Of a stretch of 64,000 nt of DNA, positions 1-21,723 are shown piece after piece. Within the stretch, counting starts at the first letter, position 1, and each line of letters starts with the position of its first letter. The stretch is from Candidatus Eiseniibacteriota bacterium. Lineage in GTDB: Bacteria; Eisenbacteria; RBG-16-71-46. The stretch covers positions 1,888,001 to 1,952,000 of the forward strand of contig OY970178.1 in NCBI GenBank assembly GCA_963707915.1, given 5' to 3'. The translations under genes and the position numbers were made by a program. A model generated the notes under the pieces. That model did not search any database. It saw nothing but the letters and a program-made list of their open reading frames with translations, and was not told where the DNA came from.

Positions 1-723
1 GCCCGAGGACTTGCCTTCACCGCCGCCCATCGGGTGATCCACCGGGTTCATGACGACGCCCCGGACGCTGGGCGCACGACCCCGCCAGCGGTTCCGACCG
101 GCCTTGCCGAGCGAGACGTTCTCGTGGTCCAGGTTGCCCACCTGGCCCACGACCGCCCGGCAGTTGACGTGGAACTTGCGCACCTCGCCCGACGGCAGCC
201 GCAGCTGCGCGTAGTCCCCGTCCCTCGCCATCAGCTGGCAGTAGGTGCCGGCCGAGCGGGCGATCCGGGAACGGCGGCCCGGGAACAGCTCCACGTTGTG
301 GATGTTGGTGCCGAGCGGGATGTTCTTCAGCGGCAGGCAGTTCCCCGGGCTGATCTCCGAGTCGCCGCCCGACTGCACCTTCATCCCGACCTTGAGGCCG
401 TCCGGCGCCACGATGTAGCGGCGCTCGCCGTCGGCGTAGTTGAGCAGCGCGATGCGGGCCGAGCGGTTCGGATCGTACTCGATGCTGGCGACCCGGGCCG
501 GGATCCCGTCCTTGGTGCGGCCGAAGTCGATGATCCGGTAGCGCCGCTTGTGCCCGCCGCTGATCCAGCGCTGCGAGACGTGGCCCTGGTTGTCGCGGCC
601 GCCGGTCTTGTAGAGCCGCTCGGTGAGCGACTTCACGGGACGGCTCCGCGTCAACTCCGAGAAGTCCGGCAGGACCGTGTGCCGGAGCGTCGGGGTGGTC
701 GGACGGAATTTCTTGAGACCCAT
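1..723 (-). CDS. rplB: 50S ribosomal protein L2 (3' end runs off window)
   Basis: Manual translation from ATG 723: [14 protein letters not shown]...GGRDNQG...[12 protein letters not shown]...[13 protein letters not shown]; follows rplW. Confidence 0.97.
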   Translation of the reverse strand, partial: MGLKKFRPTTPTLRHTVLPDFSELTRSRPVKSLTERLYKTGGRDNQGHVSQRWISGGHKRRYRIIDFGRTKDGIPARVASIEYDPNRSARIALLNYADGERRYIVAPDGLKVGMKVQSGGDSEISPGNCLPLKNIPLGTNIHNVELFPGRRSRIARSAGTYCQLMARDGDYAQLRLPSGEVRKFHVNCRAVVGQVGNLDHENVSLGKAGRNRWRGRAPSVRGVVMNPVDHPMGGGEGKSSG

Positions 724-733
724 GGCCGTTCCT

Positions 734-1024
734 TTAGATCTGCTCGAACAGCTCGATCTTCTGATCGGGCTTGAGCGTGACGATGGCCTTCTTCCAGTCA
801 CTGCGACGGCCGGACGCCCGGCCCTGCCGCTTGACCTTGCCGCGCAGTTGCTGCGTGCGGACCGAGCCCACCTTCACGGAGAAGATGACCTCGATCGCGC
901 GCTTGATCTCGATCTTGTTGGCGTCCCGCGCCACCTCGAAGTGGTACTGGTTCTGCGTCTCGCGCAGCGTCGTACCCTTCTCGGTGATGAGCGCCCGGCG
1001 CACGATGGATCGGGGATCGTTCAT
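734..1024 (-). CDS. rplW: 50S ribosomal protein L23
   Basis: ITEKG...[11 protein letters not shown]...WKKAIVTL; S10 operon order. Confidence 0.97.
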   Translation of the reverse strand: MNDPRSIVRRALITEKGTTLRETQNQYHFEVARDANKIEIKRAIEVIFSVKVGSVRTQQLRGKVKRQGRASGRRSDWKKAIVTLKPDQKIELFEQI

Positions 1025-1656
1025 TTGACGAAGACCTCCTTCATGCGCTCGAGCCCGTCGGCGGTCACCAGCAGCGCGTCGCTGTTCACCAGCTCGTACG
1101 CGTTCACCTGGTGCGCCAGCGTCATGTTCAGGTTGCGCAGGTTGCGGCAGGACTTGAGCAGGTTCTCGTCCGCCCGTCCCACGACCAGCAGCGTGCGCTT
1201 GTCCGCCAGGCCCAGGCGCTCGAGCACCTCGACCATCTGGCGCGTCTTCGGCTCCGCGAACGTCAGCGACTCGAGCACCGTCACCGCGTTCGCCGCGGCC
1301 ATCTGCGAGAGCGCGGCCGCCAGCGCCGCGCGGCGCTGCTGCTTCGGCAGTTCCGTGCGGTAGTCACGCGGCTTCGGACCGAAGGCGCGGCCGCCGCCGG
1401 GCATCAGCGGCGTGTTGTTCGCACCCTGGCGCGCGCGGCCGGTGCCCTTCTGGCGGAACGGCTTGCGCGTGCCGCCCGACACGTCGCCGCGGCTCTTGAC
1501 CTTGGCCGTGCCCTGCCGCTGGTTGCCCAGGTGACGCTTGATCGAGAGGTACAACAGGTGCTCGTGCACCTGCTGCCCGAACAGCGCCTCCGGCAGGCTC
1601 GTCGTGCCCTTGTCGGCCCCGTCGAGGCCACGGATCCTGGCGTTGATCTCGCTCAT
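1021..1656 (-). CDS. rplD: 50S ribosomal protein L4
   Basis: [16 protein letters not shown]...[14 protein letters not shown]...FGPKPRDY. Confidence 0.97.
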   Translation of the reverse strand: MSEINARIRGLDGADKGTTSLPEALFGQQVHEHLLYLSIKRHLGNQRQGTAKVKSRGDVSGGTRKPFRQKGTGRARQGANNTPLMPGGGRAFGPKPRDYRTELPKQQRRAALAAALSQMAAANAVTVLESLTFAEPKTRQMVEVLERLGLADKRTLLVVGRADENLLKSCRNLRNLNMTLAHQVNAYELVNSDALLVTADGLERMKEVFVK

Positions 1657-1657
1657 G

Positions 1658-2281
1658 TCAGCCTTCCCGCTTCTTCACGACCACCAAGCCGTTGGTCGGC
1701 CCCGGAACCGCGCCGCGCACCATGAGCATGTTCTGCTCGGGGTCGATCGCGACGACCTCCAGGTTCTTGATGGTCAGATTGACGTTGCCCATGTGCCCGG
1801 GCAGCCGCTTGCCCTTGATGACGCGCGAGGGGTACGCGGAGGCGCCGATCGAACCGGGCTGCTTGCCGGCCGTCGGGCCGTGCGAAGCGTGCCCGGCGAT
1901 GAAGCCGTAGCGCTTGACCACGCCCGCGAACCCGCGGCCCTTGGTCACCCCCTGGATGTCGACGTGCCGGCCCTTCTCGAAGATCGAGACGTCCAGGCTC
2001 TGGCCGACCGCCAGCCCCTCGATGCTCTCCACGCGGAACTCGCGCAGGTGGCGCTGCGGAGGAAGGTTGCGCTTCTTGAACTGTCCGAGCGCAGGCCGGG
2101 TGAAACGGGACTCCTTGTTCGTCCCGAAGCCGAGCTGCACCGCCGTGTACCCGTCGCGCTGCGTGCTGCGCAGCTCGGTGACGGTGCACGGCCCCGCCTC
2201 GATGATGGTCACGGGAATGGCCTCGCCCCTCTCGTCGAAGAACTGAGTCATGCCCACTTTTCTGCCCAGCAAACCGATCAT
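1658..2281 (-). CDS. rplC: 50S ribosomal protein L3
   Basis: [13 protein letters not shown]...[14 protein letters not shown]...KRLPGHMG...VRGAVPG. Confidence 0.97.
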   Translation of the reverse strand: MIGLLGRKVGMTQFFDERGEAIPVTIIEAGPCTVTELRSTQRDGYTAVQLGFGTNKESRFTRPALGQFKKRNLPPQRHLREFRVESIEGLAVGQSLDVSIFEKGRHVDIQGVTKGRGFAGVVKRYGFIAGHASHGPTAGKQPGSIGASAYPSRVIKGKRLPGHMGNVNLTIKNLEVVAIDPEQNMLMVRGAVPGPTNGLVVVKKREG

Positions 2282-2301
2282 GGTTGGTCCCACTTGCCCG
2301 C

Positions 2302-2613
<312 letters not shown>

Positions 2614-2617
2614 CCCC

Positions 2618-3817
<1,200 letters not shown>

Positions 3818-3870
3818 GAACCTTTCCTCCGTCGTCCGGGACGACGCAAAAGGCCGGGTGCGACCCGGGC

Positions 3871-5949
3871 CTAACCTCTCGCCTTCGCGACGATCTCGTC
3901 CGCCACCGACTGGGGCAGCGTGTCGTAACGGGAGAACTGCATGGAGTACACGGCGCGCCCCTGGGAGATCGAGCGCATCCGCGTCGCATATCCGAACATC
4001 TCCGCCAGGGGCACCGACGCCGCGATGACGCGGGCTTCCGAGCGGATGAACATGCCGCCGATGCGGCCCCGGCGCGCCGACAGGTCGCCGATGATGTCGC
4101 CCATGTACTCCTCGGGCACCACGACCTCGACGTCGAAGATGGGCTCGAGCAGCTTGGGCTGTGCCTTCGCGCAGGCCTCCTTGAACGCCATCGAGGCCGC
4201 GATCTTGAACGCCATCTCGGACGAGTCCACCTCGTGGAATCCGCCGTCCAGGAGGGAGACCTTCACGTCCACCATCGGGTAGCCCGCCAGCACGCCGCCC
4301 CGCATGGCCTCCTCGACGCCCCGCTCGACCGCGGGGATGTACTCGCGCGGGATCGACCCGCCGGTGATCCGGCTCTCGAACTCGAAGCCCTTGCCGGCCA
4401 CCTGGGGTTCGACCCGCAGCGTGACGTCGGCGAACATGCCGTGGCCGCCGGTCTGGCGCACGAAGCGGTGACGCACCTCGGCCGCCACGGAGACCGTCTC
4501 CTTGTACGAGACCTGGGGCTTGCCCACGTTCGCGTCCACGCTGAACTCGCGCTTCATGCGGTCCACCAGGATCTCGAGGTGCAGCTCGCCCATGCCCGAG
4601 ATGACGGTCTGGCCCGAGTCCTCGTCGGTGCGCACGCGGAAGGTCGGGTCCTCCTCGGAGAGGCGCTGCAGGGCGTTCGCGAGCTTCTCCTCGTCGACCT
4701 TGGACCGCGGCTCGATGGCCACGTCCACGACCGGCTCGGGGAAGATCATGGCCTCGAGCGCGAGCGGGTGGTCCGGGTCGCACAGCGTGTGGCCCGTGCT
4801 CACCTTCTTGAACCCGATGCCCGCCGCGATGTCGCCCACGAAGACCTCGCTGACCTCTTCCCGCTTGTTCGCGTGCATCTGCACCAGGCGGCCGACGCGC
4901 TCGTTGCGCCCGGTGAATGCGTTCAGCACCTGGTCGCCGGTGCGGACCGAGCCGGAGTAGACCCGGAAGAACGTCAGCTTGCCGACGTACGGGTCGGTCG
5001 CGATCTTGAAGGCCAGGGCCGCGAACGGCTGGTCGTCGCTGGGCTCGCGCGTCACGCGCTCCCAGGTGTCGGTGGTGTGGCCCTGCACGGCCGGCATGTC
5101 GAGCGGCGACGGCAGGTAGTCCACCACGGCGTCCAGCAGCCGCTGCACGCCCTTGTTGCGGTAGGCCGAGCCGCACAGCACGGGGTGGATGGCGCCCAGC
5201 AGCGTGCCCTTGCGCAGCGCGCGGCGGACGTCGTCCACGGTGAAGGGCTGCTCGTGCAGGTAGCGGTCGAGCAGCAGCTCGTCGTGCTCGGCGACCGCCT
5301 CGAGCAGGGCGATGCGCGCCTCGTCGGCGCGGGCCCGCAGGTCGCGCGGGATCTCCTGGACCTCGAAGGTCGCGCCCTGGTCGGCCTCGTCGTAGGCGAG
5401 GGCCTTCATCTCCACCAGGTCGATCAGGCCGGTGAACTGCTCGCCCAGGAACATCGGGACGTGGATGGGCACGGGCTTCGCGCCGAGCCGGTCGCGCATC
5501 ATCCGGACGACGTTGTCGAAGTCGGCGCCCACGCGGTCCATCTTGTTGACGAAGGCGATGCGCGGGACGTTGTACTTGTCGGCCTGGCGCCACACGGTCT
5601 CGGACTGGGGCTCGACGCCGCCCACCGCGCAGAACACGGCGACCGCGCCGTCGAGGATGCGCAGGGAGCGCTCCACCTCCACGGTGAAGTCGACGTGACC
5701 GGGGGTATCGATGACGTTGATGCGGTGTTCGCGCCAGAAGCAGGTGGTGGCGGCGGAGGTGATGGTGATGCCGCGCTCCCGTTCCTGCTCCATCCAGTCC
5801 ATCGTGGCGACGCCGTCGTGCACCTCGCCCAGCTGGTGGATCCGGCCCGTATAGAAGAGGACGCGCTCGGTCAAGGTCGTCTTGCCGGCGTCGATGTGGG
5901 CCATGATACCGATGTTCCGGTAGTGCTGGAGCGTGGTCTGCCGAGACAT
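3871..5949 (-). CDS. fusA: Elongation factor G
   Basis: [15 protein letters not shown]...DTPGHVDF...NKMD...GMGELHLE; 692 aa. Confidence 0.98.
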   Translation of the reverse strand: MSRQTTLQHYRNIGIMAHIDAGKTTLTERVLFYTGRIHQLGEVHDGVATMDWMEQERERGITITSAATTCFWREHRINVIDTPGHVDFTVEVERSLRILDGAVAVFCAVGGVEPQSETVWRQADKYNVPRIAFVNKMDRVGADFDNVVRMMRDRLGAKPVPIHVPMFLGEQFTGLIDLVEMKALAYDEADQGATFEVQEIPRDLRARADEARIALLEAVAEHDELLLDRYLHEQPFTVDDVRRALRKGTLLGAIHPVLCGSAYRNKGVQRLLDAVVDYLPSPLDMPAVQGHTTDTWERVTREPSDDQPFAALAFKIATDPYVGKLTFFRVYSGSVRTGDQVLNAFTGRNERVGRLVQMHANKREEVSEVFVGDIAAGIGFKKVSTGHTLCDPDHPLALEAMIFPEPVVDVAIEPRSKVDEEKLANALQRLSEEDPTFRVRTDEDSGQTVISGMGELHLEILVDRMKREFSVDANVGKPQVSYKETVSVAAEVRHRFVRQTGGHGMFADVTLRVEPQVAGKGFEFESRITGGSIPREYIPAVERGVEEAMRGGVLAGYPMVDVKVSLLDGGFHEVDSSEMAFKIAASMAFKEACAKAQPKLLEPIFDVEVVVPEEYMGDIIGDLSARRGRIGGMFIRSEARVIAASVPLAEMFGYATRMRSISQGRAVYSMQFSRYDTLPQSVADEIVAKARG

Positions 5950-6169
5950 GTGCAGCGACTTCCTATCCGGACGAAGATGACAGCTAGTTCACCACCTGCC
6001 TTTCCGTCGTCGAAAGCGCGGTGATGGGATGCGTTACCATCCGCAGTGTTCAGACCCGGCCCGGCACCTTTTCCGGGATCCGGGACCAGGCCGGCCTGAC
6101 GCCGACCTTCACCCGTCGATGGTGTCTTGAGCGACTCCGGCGCGGCCCGGTTCGCCCGGGCCCCGCTTC

Positions 6170-6640
6170 CTACCAGCGATAGTGCGCGAAGGCCTTGTTG
6201 GCCTCCGCCATCTTGTGCGTGTCCTCGCGCTTCTTCACGGCGCCGCCCTCGTTCTTGGCGGCGGCCATGATCTCGGCGGCGAACTTCTCGGCGAACGTGT
6301 GGTCGGGCCGCTGGAGCGCGTAGCCGATGATCCAGCGCGTCGCCAGGGCGTTCCGCCGGTCCGGGCGGACCTCGACCGGGACCTGGTAGTTGGCACCGCC
6401 GACCCGGCGCGACTTGACCTCGAGCATGGGCTTGACGTTGGTCATCGCCATCTTGAGGACCGTCATCGCCTCCTGACCGGTCTTCTGCTCGACCATCGTC
6501 ATGGCGCCGTAGAAGTGACGCTCGGCGATCGAACGCTTACCGGTCTCCATCAGGCCGTTGATGAACCGGGTCACCAGGACACTGTCGTATTTCGGGTCCG
6601 CCGCGGGCTCCCGGCGTCTCACGAAACCCTTGCGAGGCAT
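6170..6640 (-). CDS. rpsG: 30S ribosomal protein S7
   Basis: EVKSRRVGGANYQVP...HKMAEANKAFAHYRW. Confidence 0.98.
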   Translation of the reverse strand: MPRKGFVRRREPAADPKYDSVLVTRFINGLMETGKRSIAERHFYGAMTMVEQKTGQEAMTVLKMAMTNVKPMLEVKSRRVGGANYQVPVEVRPDRRNALATRWIIGYALQRPDHTFAEKFAAEIMAAAKNEGGAVKKREDTHKMAEANKAFAHYRW

Positions 6641-6744
6641 GCGCCTTTCCTCTCCTCATTCGAGCGAGCGCCCGCTGGAGACTCGCTCCGTGGGCGGTCC
6701 GGTGACGCGGCTGCGCGGCCCGGGGGCCCGCGCCGTTCGCGCCG

Positions 6745-7113
6745 CTACTTCGACTTGGTTCCGTACTTCGATCGGCTCTGCTTGCGCCCGCTCACCCCGC
6801 TCGCGTCCAGCGTGCCGCGGATGATGTGGTAGCGCACTCCCGGCAGGTCCTTCACGCGGCCCCCGCGGATGAGCACGATCGAGTGCTCCTGCAGGTTGTG
6901 GCCCTCGCCCGGGATGTAGCAGGTGACTTCCATGCCGTTGACCAGCCGCACGCGCGCCACCTTCCGCAGCGCCGAGTTCGGCTTCTTCGGCGTCGTCGTG
7001 TACACGCGAGTGCACACGCCGCGCTTCTGGGGGCTGCCCTTCAGCGCGGGCGCGCCGGTCTTCATCTTGATGGGCCGCCGACCATGGCGGATCAACTGGT
7101 TCAGCGTGGGCAC
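6745..7113 (-). CDS. rpsL: 30S ribosomal protein S12 (GTG start)
   Basis: PTLNQLIR...[11 protein letters not shown]...[21 protein letters not shown] before GTG 7113. Confidence 0.98.
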   Translation of the reverse strand: MPTLNQLIRHGRRPIKMKTGAPALKGSPQKRGVCTRVYTTTPKKPNSALRKVARVRLVNGMEVTCYIPGEGHNLQEHSIVLIRGGRVKDLPGVRYHIIRGTLDASGVSGRKQSRSKYGTKSK

Positions 7114-7212
7114 GGAGTTCCTCCAACCACTTGTCGATAATGGGATTGCACGGTATGTATGGCCACGGCACCCGCGAGGGAAGGACACGCGCCGTTTCCG
7201 CGCAGACCGGGG

Positions 7213-7241
7213 AATCTAGGGACTTGGCCTTCGCTTGTCAA
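7213..7241 (-). promoter_or_regulatory. sigma70 promoter of the str operon
   Basis: TTGACA-N17-TAGATT on the minus strand directly after the rpoC stop. Confidence 0.8.
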
Positions 7242-7245
7242 GCTG

Positions 7246-11457
<4,212 letters not shown>

Positions 11458-11537
11458 TCCACTCTCCTCGAACGGGCCCGGTCGGCGTTGCGGTCACTCC
11501 GCGCCGCGGACCGGGTCCGGATGCTGTCAGGACGGGC

Positions 11538-15407
<3,870 letters not shown>

Positions 15408-15563
15408 GGCCTTCCCGCCTTTCTCAATGGGGAAGCATGTCGCACCCGGCGCCGATAGCCCGGAGCCGAGGCCCCCCTGGCGCACCCTGGAACGGTGCGA
15501 CCGATGCCGGGCCGGTGCCGAGCACGACGCTGGCGCTCCACTTCTGGAGAGAGCGGTCCGTGG

Positions 15564-15941
15564 CTACTTGATCTCGACGGTCGCGCCCTGCTCCTCGAGC
15601 TTCGCCTTGACCTCCTGAGCCTCTGCCTTCGCGATCTTCTCCTTCACCGGCTTCGGCGCGCCGTCCACCAGGTCCTTCGCTTCCTTCAGCCCCAGCCCGG
15701 TCAGTTCGCGCACGACCTTGATGACCTGGATCTTCTTCTCGCCGGCGCCCGTGAGGATCACGTCGAACTCGGTCTGCTCCTCGGCCACGGCCGCGGCGCC
15801 GGCACCCGGCATGGCCGCCATCATCATGGGGGCGGCCGCCGTGACGCCGAACTTCTCCTCGTAGGCCTTCTTCAGCTCGGAGAGCTCCATCACGGACATG
15901 TTGGCAATCAGGTCGAGCACCTGGTCAATGGTGGTGGACAT
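15564..15941 (-). CDS. rplL: 50S ribosomal protein L7/L12
   Basis: [10 protein letters not shown]...EQTEFDV...[12 protein letters not shown]. Confidence 0.98.
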   Translation of the reverse strand: MSTTIDQVLDLIANMSVMELSELKKAYEEKFGVTAAAPMMMAAMPGAGAAAVAEEQTEFDVILTGAGEKKIQVIKVVRELTGLGLKEAKDLVDGAPKPVKEKIAKAEAQEVKAKLEEQGATVEIK

Positions 15942-16034
15942 GGGTTGGATCTCCTTCTGCGGTTGCGTGGGTTTCGTTTTGAAAACCTGGTCGGGGGCCC
16001 GCCCGCCTGAGGCGGGTGCCCGGCGAATCGTTCG

Positions 16035-16559
16035 TCAGGATGCCTTGCTCTTCTCGCGTTCGAGCACGTCGGCCATGACCGCGGGCAGACGCAGCGTCGC
16101 ATCGATCGCGGAGAGGAAGGACGTCATCGGGGCGATGATCGTGCCCAGCAGCTGGGACAACATCACCTCGTAACTGGGCAGCGTGGCCAGCACGGCGATC
16201 GCCTTCGGCTCGTACAGCCGGCCGTCCACCACCGCCGCCTTGATCCGCGGCCTCTCCTTGTCCTTGGCGAAGTCCGTCAGGATCTTCGCCGGGCTCACCT
16301 CGCTGACCTGGCTGAACACCACGCCGGTCGGGCCCTCGAGGAACGGGTCCAGCGCGGTGATCCCGCGCTCGTGGAACGCGCGCTTCAGCAGCGTGTTCTT
16401 GACGACCCGGAACTGCACCTTCTGTTCGCGGCACTTCGCGCGCAGCTGGGAGAGCGAAGCGACGTCCATGCCGCTGAAGTCGGCGAGGAAGACGCCGCGC
16501 ACGCCTTCGAGCCGCGCGCTCGTCTCCTGGAGGATCTTGGCTTTCTGGGGAGTCGGCAT
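16035..16559 (-). CDS. rplJ: 50S ribosomal protein L10
   Basis: VVKNTLLKRA...LEGPTG...LATLPS; position between rplA and rplL. Confidence 0.96.
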   Translation of the reverse strand: MPTPQKAKILQETSARLEGVRGVFLADFSGMDVASLSQLRAKCREQKVQFRVVKNTLLKRAFHERGITALDPFLEGPTGVVFSQVSEVSPAKILTDFAKDKERPRIKAAVVDGRLYEPKAIAVLATLPSYEVMLSQLLGTIIAPMTSFLSAIDATLRLPAVMADVLEREKSKAS

Positions 16560-16571
16560 CGGTCGGTCCTC

Positions 16572-17282
16572 CTAGTGCCCGAGGTCGGCCGTGACGGTCG
16601 CCGGGTCCAGCACGATGCCGGGTCCCATCGTGGCGCTGATGGTGAGTGTCTTGACGTAGGCGCCCTTCGCGGCCGCGGGCCGGGCCCGCATCAGCTCGCG
16701 CAGGAAGGTCAGGGCGTTCTCGAGCAACTGGGCCTCGCTGAACGACGCCTTGCCCACGGGTGCGTGCACGTTGGAGCCCTTGTCCACGCGGAACTCGATC
16801 TTGCCCGCCTTGAGCTCCTTCACGGCCTTGGCGACGTCGAAGGTCACCGTGCCGCTCTTGGGGTTCGGCATCAGCCCGCGCGGCCCGAGCACGCGACCGA
16901 GCTTGCCGACCTCGCCCATCATGTCCGGCGTGGCGACGATGGCGTCGATCTCCAGCCAGCCCTGCTGGATCTTCTGGACGTAGTCCTCGGCGCCGACGAA
17001 GTCCGCGCCGGCCTCCTCGGCCTCGCGCACCTTGTCGCCCTTGGCCATCACGAGCACACGCAGGCTCTTGCCGGTGCCGTGCGGCAGGACCACCGTGCCA
17101 CGAACCAGCTGGTCCGAGTGGCGGGGGTCCACGCCCAGGTGGGATGAGACCACGATGGTCTCGTCGAACTTCGCGCGCGCGGTCTGCTTGACGAGCCGCA
17201 CGGCCTCGGCCAGGTCACGGATCTGACCCGCCTGCCGTGCCACGTCCGCCGCGGCGCGATAACGCTTGCCGTGTCGTTTCAT
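16572..17282 (-). CDS. rplA: 50S ribosomal protein L1
   Basis: AKFDET...[24 protein letters not shown]...[19 protein letters not shown] before ATG 17282. Confidence 0.98.
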   Translation of the reverse strand: MKRHGKRYRAAADVARQAGQIRDLAEAVRLVKQTARAKFDETIVVSSHLGVDPRHSDQLVRGTVVLPHGTGKSLRVLVMAKGDKVREAEEAGADFVGAEDYVQKIQQGWLEIDAIVATPDMMGEVGKLGRVLGPRGLMPNPKSGTVTFDVAKAVKELKAGKIEFRVDKGSNVHAPVGKASFSEAQLLENALTFLRELMRARPAAAKGAYVKTLTISATMGPGIVLDPATVTADLGH

Positions 17283-17292
17283 GGATCCTCCC

Positions 17293-17328
17293 GTGGTGCC
17301 GGCGTGGCGGGCTTTCCGCCACTCCCAC
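17293..17328 (-). promoter_or_regulatory. Probable L1-binding autoregulatory RNA site upstream of rplA
   Basis: GTGGGAG-TGGCGG-AAAG-CCCGCCA-CGCCGGC-ACCAC immediately before the rplA SD; fits the stem/internal-loop pattern of L1 leaders. Confidence 0.55.
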
Positions 17329-17527
17329 GCGGTGCTGCTCGACGGTGTCGGTGCTGTCCCGCCCCGGGACACCTGCGGCCCGGCGCGGGCTCGAATCCCC
17401 ACCCTGCGTGCGCCCCGGAACCGGGCGGCAACCCGCAGCGCGGAATCTCCCCTGACCTCCTGGGCCGCGCGGGCACCCGCCGAAGGCGGGTCCGGCGCGC
17501 CCGGGACCGCGGGCAGGGCCCCGCGGC

Positions 17528-17728
17528 CTAGCTGGTGAACTCCTCCTCGACCGCGTCCAGCTCGGCCTCGGTGGCGTAGCCTTCCTTCACCACCCAGTCG
17601 AGCGTCTCGTTCAGATCCTTGATGGCATGCTCGCCGTTCGCCACCCGGTTCCGGACGATCTCGTAGATCTCGCGCGGGGTCTTGCCCTTGAGGAGCTGCT
17701 CAGCCTCTTCCTTGGTCAGCGTCACCAT
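17528..17728 (-). CDS. 66-aa acidic helical hypothetical protein inserted between rplK and rplA
   Basis: Starts 16 nt after the rplK stop with a purine-rich RBS; host-like GC3-rich codons; natural amino-acid composition. Confidence 0.8.
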   Translation of the reverse strand: MVTLTKEEAEQLLKGKTPREIYEIVRNRVANGEHAIKDLNETLDWVVKEGYATEAELDAVEEEFTS

Positions 17729-17744
17729 CCGGTCTCATCCCTTC

Positions 17745-18170
17745 TCAGTCTTCGAGCTCGATGCCCATGCTGCGGGCGGTTCCCAGAACCATTCGCTCGG
17801 CGGCCTCGACGGTCGCGGAATTCAGGTCGGGCGCCTTGAGCTCGGCAATCTCGCGGACCTGAACGCGAGACACCTTGCCGACCTTGGTCCGGTTCGGAAC
17901 ACCGGAGCCCTTGGCCAGCCCGGCCGCCCGCTTCAGCAGGATGGCCGCCGGAGGCGTCTTCATCTCGAACGTGAAGGAGCGGTCCTTGTAGACCGTGATC
18001 ACGACCGGGATCACGAGTCCCGACTGGTGCTGGGTCTTGGAGTTGAACTGCTTGCAGAACTCCATGATGTTGATGCCGTGCTGCCCGAGCGCCGGCCCGA
18101 CCGGCGGCGCAGGCGTGGCGCTGCCGGCATTGCACTGCAGCTTCACCACGGCCTGGATCGGTTTCGCCAT
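17745..18170 (-). CDS. rplK: 50S ribosomal protein L11
   Basis: [26 protein letters not shown]...GTARSMGI. Confidence 0.98.
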   Translation of the reverse strand: MAKPIQAVVKLQCNAGSATPAPPVGPALGQHGINIMEFCKQFNSKTQHQSGLVIPVVITVYKDRSFTFEMKTPPAAILLKRAAGLAKGSGVPNRTKVGKVSRVQVREIAELKAPDLNSATVEAAERMVLGTARSMGIELED

Positions 18171-18227
18171 TCTGTTCCTCCCGGGCCGCGAACGCCGCCC
18201 GTCTGCTCCCCCACCGGTCGCGCGACG

Positions 18228-18758
18228 CTAGACCGGCTGCACCTGCAGGAAGTCGAGCTCGACGGGCGTCTGGCGCCCGAAGATGCTCACCATCACCTTG
18301 ATCTTGCCGCGCTCGTTGTTGACCTCGTCCACCACGCCGTTGAACCCGCTGAACGGGCCGTCCCCGACGCGCACATGGTCACCCGTACGGAACTGCACGT
18401 TCGGCGCGGGCTTCGACTTCGTCTGCTCCATCTGCCCGAGCACCCGCCGCACCTCGTTCTCCTTGAGGGGCACGGGTGTCTTGTTCGGGCCGATGAAGCC
18501 CGTCACCCCGGGGACGTTCTGCACCAGGTGGCGCGTCTCGTCGCTGAGGTCCATCTCGATGATGACGTAGGAGGGGAAGGTCTTGCGCTTGGACGTCTTG
18601 CGCTTCCCGTCCTTCATCTCGACGTACTCCTCCTTCGCCACCAGGACCTCGCCGAACTGATCGACCAGCGCGGCGGCCTGGATGGCCTTGCGGAGGTTCT
18701 CCTTCACCTTGTCCTCGTGGCCCGAGTAGGTGTGGACCACGAACCACTTCTTGCTCAT
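18228..18758 (-). CDS. nusG: Transcription termination/antitermination factor NusG
   Basis: WFVVHTYSGHE...FPSYV...KOW domain GPFSGFNG...IFGRQTPVEL. Confidence 0.97.
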   Translation of the reverse strand: MSKKWFVVHTYSGHEDKVKENLRKAIQAAALVDQFGEVLVAKEEYVEMKDGKRKTSKRKTFPSYVIIEMDLSDETRHLVQNVPGVTGFIGPNKTPVPLKENEVRRVLGQMEQTKSKPAPNVQFRTGDHVRVGDGPFSGFNGVVDEVNNERGKIKVMVSIFGRQTPVELDFLQVQPV

Positions 18759-18837
18759 GTGCCTTCCCGATTCCCGGGGGCCGCCCACCGTCCGCCTCGA
18801 TCGGCGGACCGGTCGCGCACCGCTCCGGGCCAGCGCC

Positions 18838-19029
18838 CTAGCGGAACAGCAGCCTCACCCCGAGCTGGAGGACGTAGTCCACCATCCCGACGAACACGGA
18901 GATCAAGAGCACCGCGACGATCACGACGATCGTCGAGGCGCGCAGCTCCTGGCGGGTCGGCCAGCTGACCTTGGTGGACTCCACCTTCACTTCCTTGACG
19001 AACTCACGGACCTGCATGGTCCACGCCAT
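18838..19029 (-). CDS. secE: Preprotein translocase subunit SecE
   Basis: E..KVSWPTRQEL followed by one TM helix; between tRNA-Trp and nusG. Confidence 0.95.
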   Translation of the reverse strand: MAWTMQVREFVKEVKVESTKVSWPTRQELRASTIVVIVAVLLISVFVGMVDYVLQLGVRLLFR

Positions 19030-19117
19030 CTGTGCGCCCTCTCGAGGAGGTCTCGTTCACGTGCGGCCGAAGCCGCATGACTCCACACCCGACCCGCTCC
19101 CGTGCGGGCACCCCGGC

Positions 19118-19194
19118 TGGCAGGCCTGGAGGGATTCGAACCCCCGACACCCGGTTTTGGAGACCGGTGCTCTAGCCAGCTGAGCTACAGGCCT
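19118..19194 (-). tRNA. tRNA-Trp(CCA)
   Basis: AGGCCTG acceptor stem, anticodon loop CTCCAAA, GTTCGAATC T-loop, encoded CCA end. Confidence 0.97.
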
Positions 19195-19260
19195 AAGTCG
19201 TATCCGGGCCGACTCGCGGCGGCCCCCATCGCCATCGCACGACCCACAGCCCGACGCGCG

Positions 19261-19410
19261 CTAGCGCGTCTCCTTGTGGGCGGTGTGCTTCCGGCAGGCC
19301 GGGCAGTACTTCTTCTGCTCGACCCGGTCCGGATGCAGGCGCTTGTTCTTCTTGGTGATGTAGTTGCGATGCTTGCAGTCGTTGCAGGCGAGGATGACCT
19401 GGTCTCTCAT
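19261..19410 (-). CDS. rpmG: 50S ribosomal protein L33 (Zn-binding, two CxxC)
   Basis: Manual translation [49 protein letters not shown]; too short for the ORF track. Confidence 0.97.
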   Translation of the reverse strand: MRDQVILACNDCKHRNYITKKNKRLHPDRVEQKKYCPACRKHTAHKETR

Positions 19411-19446
19411 GTCGTGTCCCGTCTCCGCTGCCGGACGATCGGCCCG

Positions 19447-20647
<1,201 letters not shown>

Positions 20648-20865
20648 TCCAGGGCTCCTGTTCTGCGGTGTGGCGGTGTTGAGGTCCTCGTTCGGCGGGC
20701 GCCGCGGCGGGAGTCACCGGCCGCCGCGATCCATCCGGTACGACCCTGCCGGCCGGATCAACCCCGCGCGGTGCCCGGCACCGCTCGATCTGCCTGCTGC
20801 TACATCACCCCGACCGGCCGCGCGACAGGCGCGCCAACCGGGAGCCAAGTCCATCCTGCGACAAC

Positions 20866-20941
20866 TGGAGCCCACGATCGGAATCGAACCGATGACCTTT
20901 TGCTTACCATGCAAATGCTCTACCGACTGAGCTACGTGGGC
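20866..20941 (-). tRNA. tRNA-Thr(GGT)
   Basis: GCCCACG acceptor; TTTGC-ATGGTAA-GCAAA anticodon arm; CCA end. Confidence 0.96.
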
Positions 20942-21108
20942 TTAAGACATCAAGACGCGCGAAGGCGAGCCAGAAGCGGACCTTCTCGAAGCGATGGAGC
21001 AAGGCGACCCGACCCCGGAGAACCTGCTCCGCGTCCGGATGCAGAAAGACGCACTTCCCCAAGCCGGCTTCTCAAGTTTCAAAGCCGTCGGGGAATAGCG
21101 GGCACGCA

Positions 21109-21137
21109 AATCTAAGCCCCGGCCACTCCGATGTCAA
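21109..21137 (-). promoter_or_regulatory. sigma70 promoter for tRNA-Thr(GGT)-tufB
   Basis: TTGACA-N17-TAGATT. Confidence 0.75.
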
Positions 21138-21241
21138 TGCAAGAAGCAGGGAAGAAGCGAAATCCGTCCTTCCCCGCAGGGGACCGCCACGGCGCTCGGG
21201 GGGCTTCCGGAGGGCCCTGCAGGCACTGCCGCCAAGGAGGA

Positions 21242-21317
21242 TGGAGCGGGAAACGGGATTCGAACCCGCGACCCTCAGCTTGGAAGGCTGACGCTCTAGC
21301 CGCTGAGCTATTCCCGC
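21242..21317 (-). tRNA. tRNA-Gly(TCC)
   Basis: GCGGGAA acceptor; TCAGC-CTTCCAA-GCTGA arm; CCA end. Confidence 0.97.
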
Positions 21318-21341
21318 TCAAGCCGTTGTTCAGGAAGGAGA

Positions 21342-21426
21342 TGGTGGAGGGGGGAGGATTCGAACCTCCGAAGGCTTCGCCGACAGATTTACAGTCTGTT
21401 CCCTTTGACCGCTCGGGAACCCCTCC
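21342..21426 (-). tRNA. tRNA-Tyr(GTA)
   Basis: GGAGGGG acceptor; ACAGA-CTGTAAA-TCTGT arm; long variable arm; CCA end. Confidence 0.97.
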
Positions 21427-21539
21427 ACACCTGCGAGAGCAAGGCTTCACCCTGACGCGCAGCCTTGGGTCCGCTCGGATCGCTGCATCCCGGCTCCGGC
21501 AGGCCCCTGCCCATCCCGAAGGGGGATGGACCACTGCTG

Positions 21540-21612
21540 AGCTGGCGAAGGGACTTGAACCCCCAACCACCTCATTACAAATGAGATGCTCTACCAATTG
21601 AGCTACGCCAGC
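21540..21612 (-). tRNA. tRNA-Thr(TGT), CCA not encoded
   Basis: GCTGGCG acceptor; CTCA-TTTGTAA-TGAG arm; discriminator followed by CAG. Confidence 0.94.
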
Positions 21613-21645
21613 GGACCCAAAGGCTCGCGCAAGAAGAGCGAGGTA

Positions 21646-21674
21646 AAGATAGTCAGCGCGCCCGGGACTGTCAA
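21646..21674 (-). promoter_or_regulatory. sigma70 promoter of the tRNA Thr-Tyr-Gly cluster
   Basis: TTGACA-N17-TATCTT about 33 nt upstream of tRNA-Thr(TGT). Confidence 0.8.
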
Positions 21675-21723
21675 GACGCGGATGCGCGCCGCTCGCCAGG
21701 GCCCCGAAGCCCGGCCACATGCG

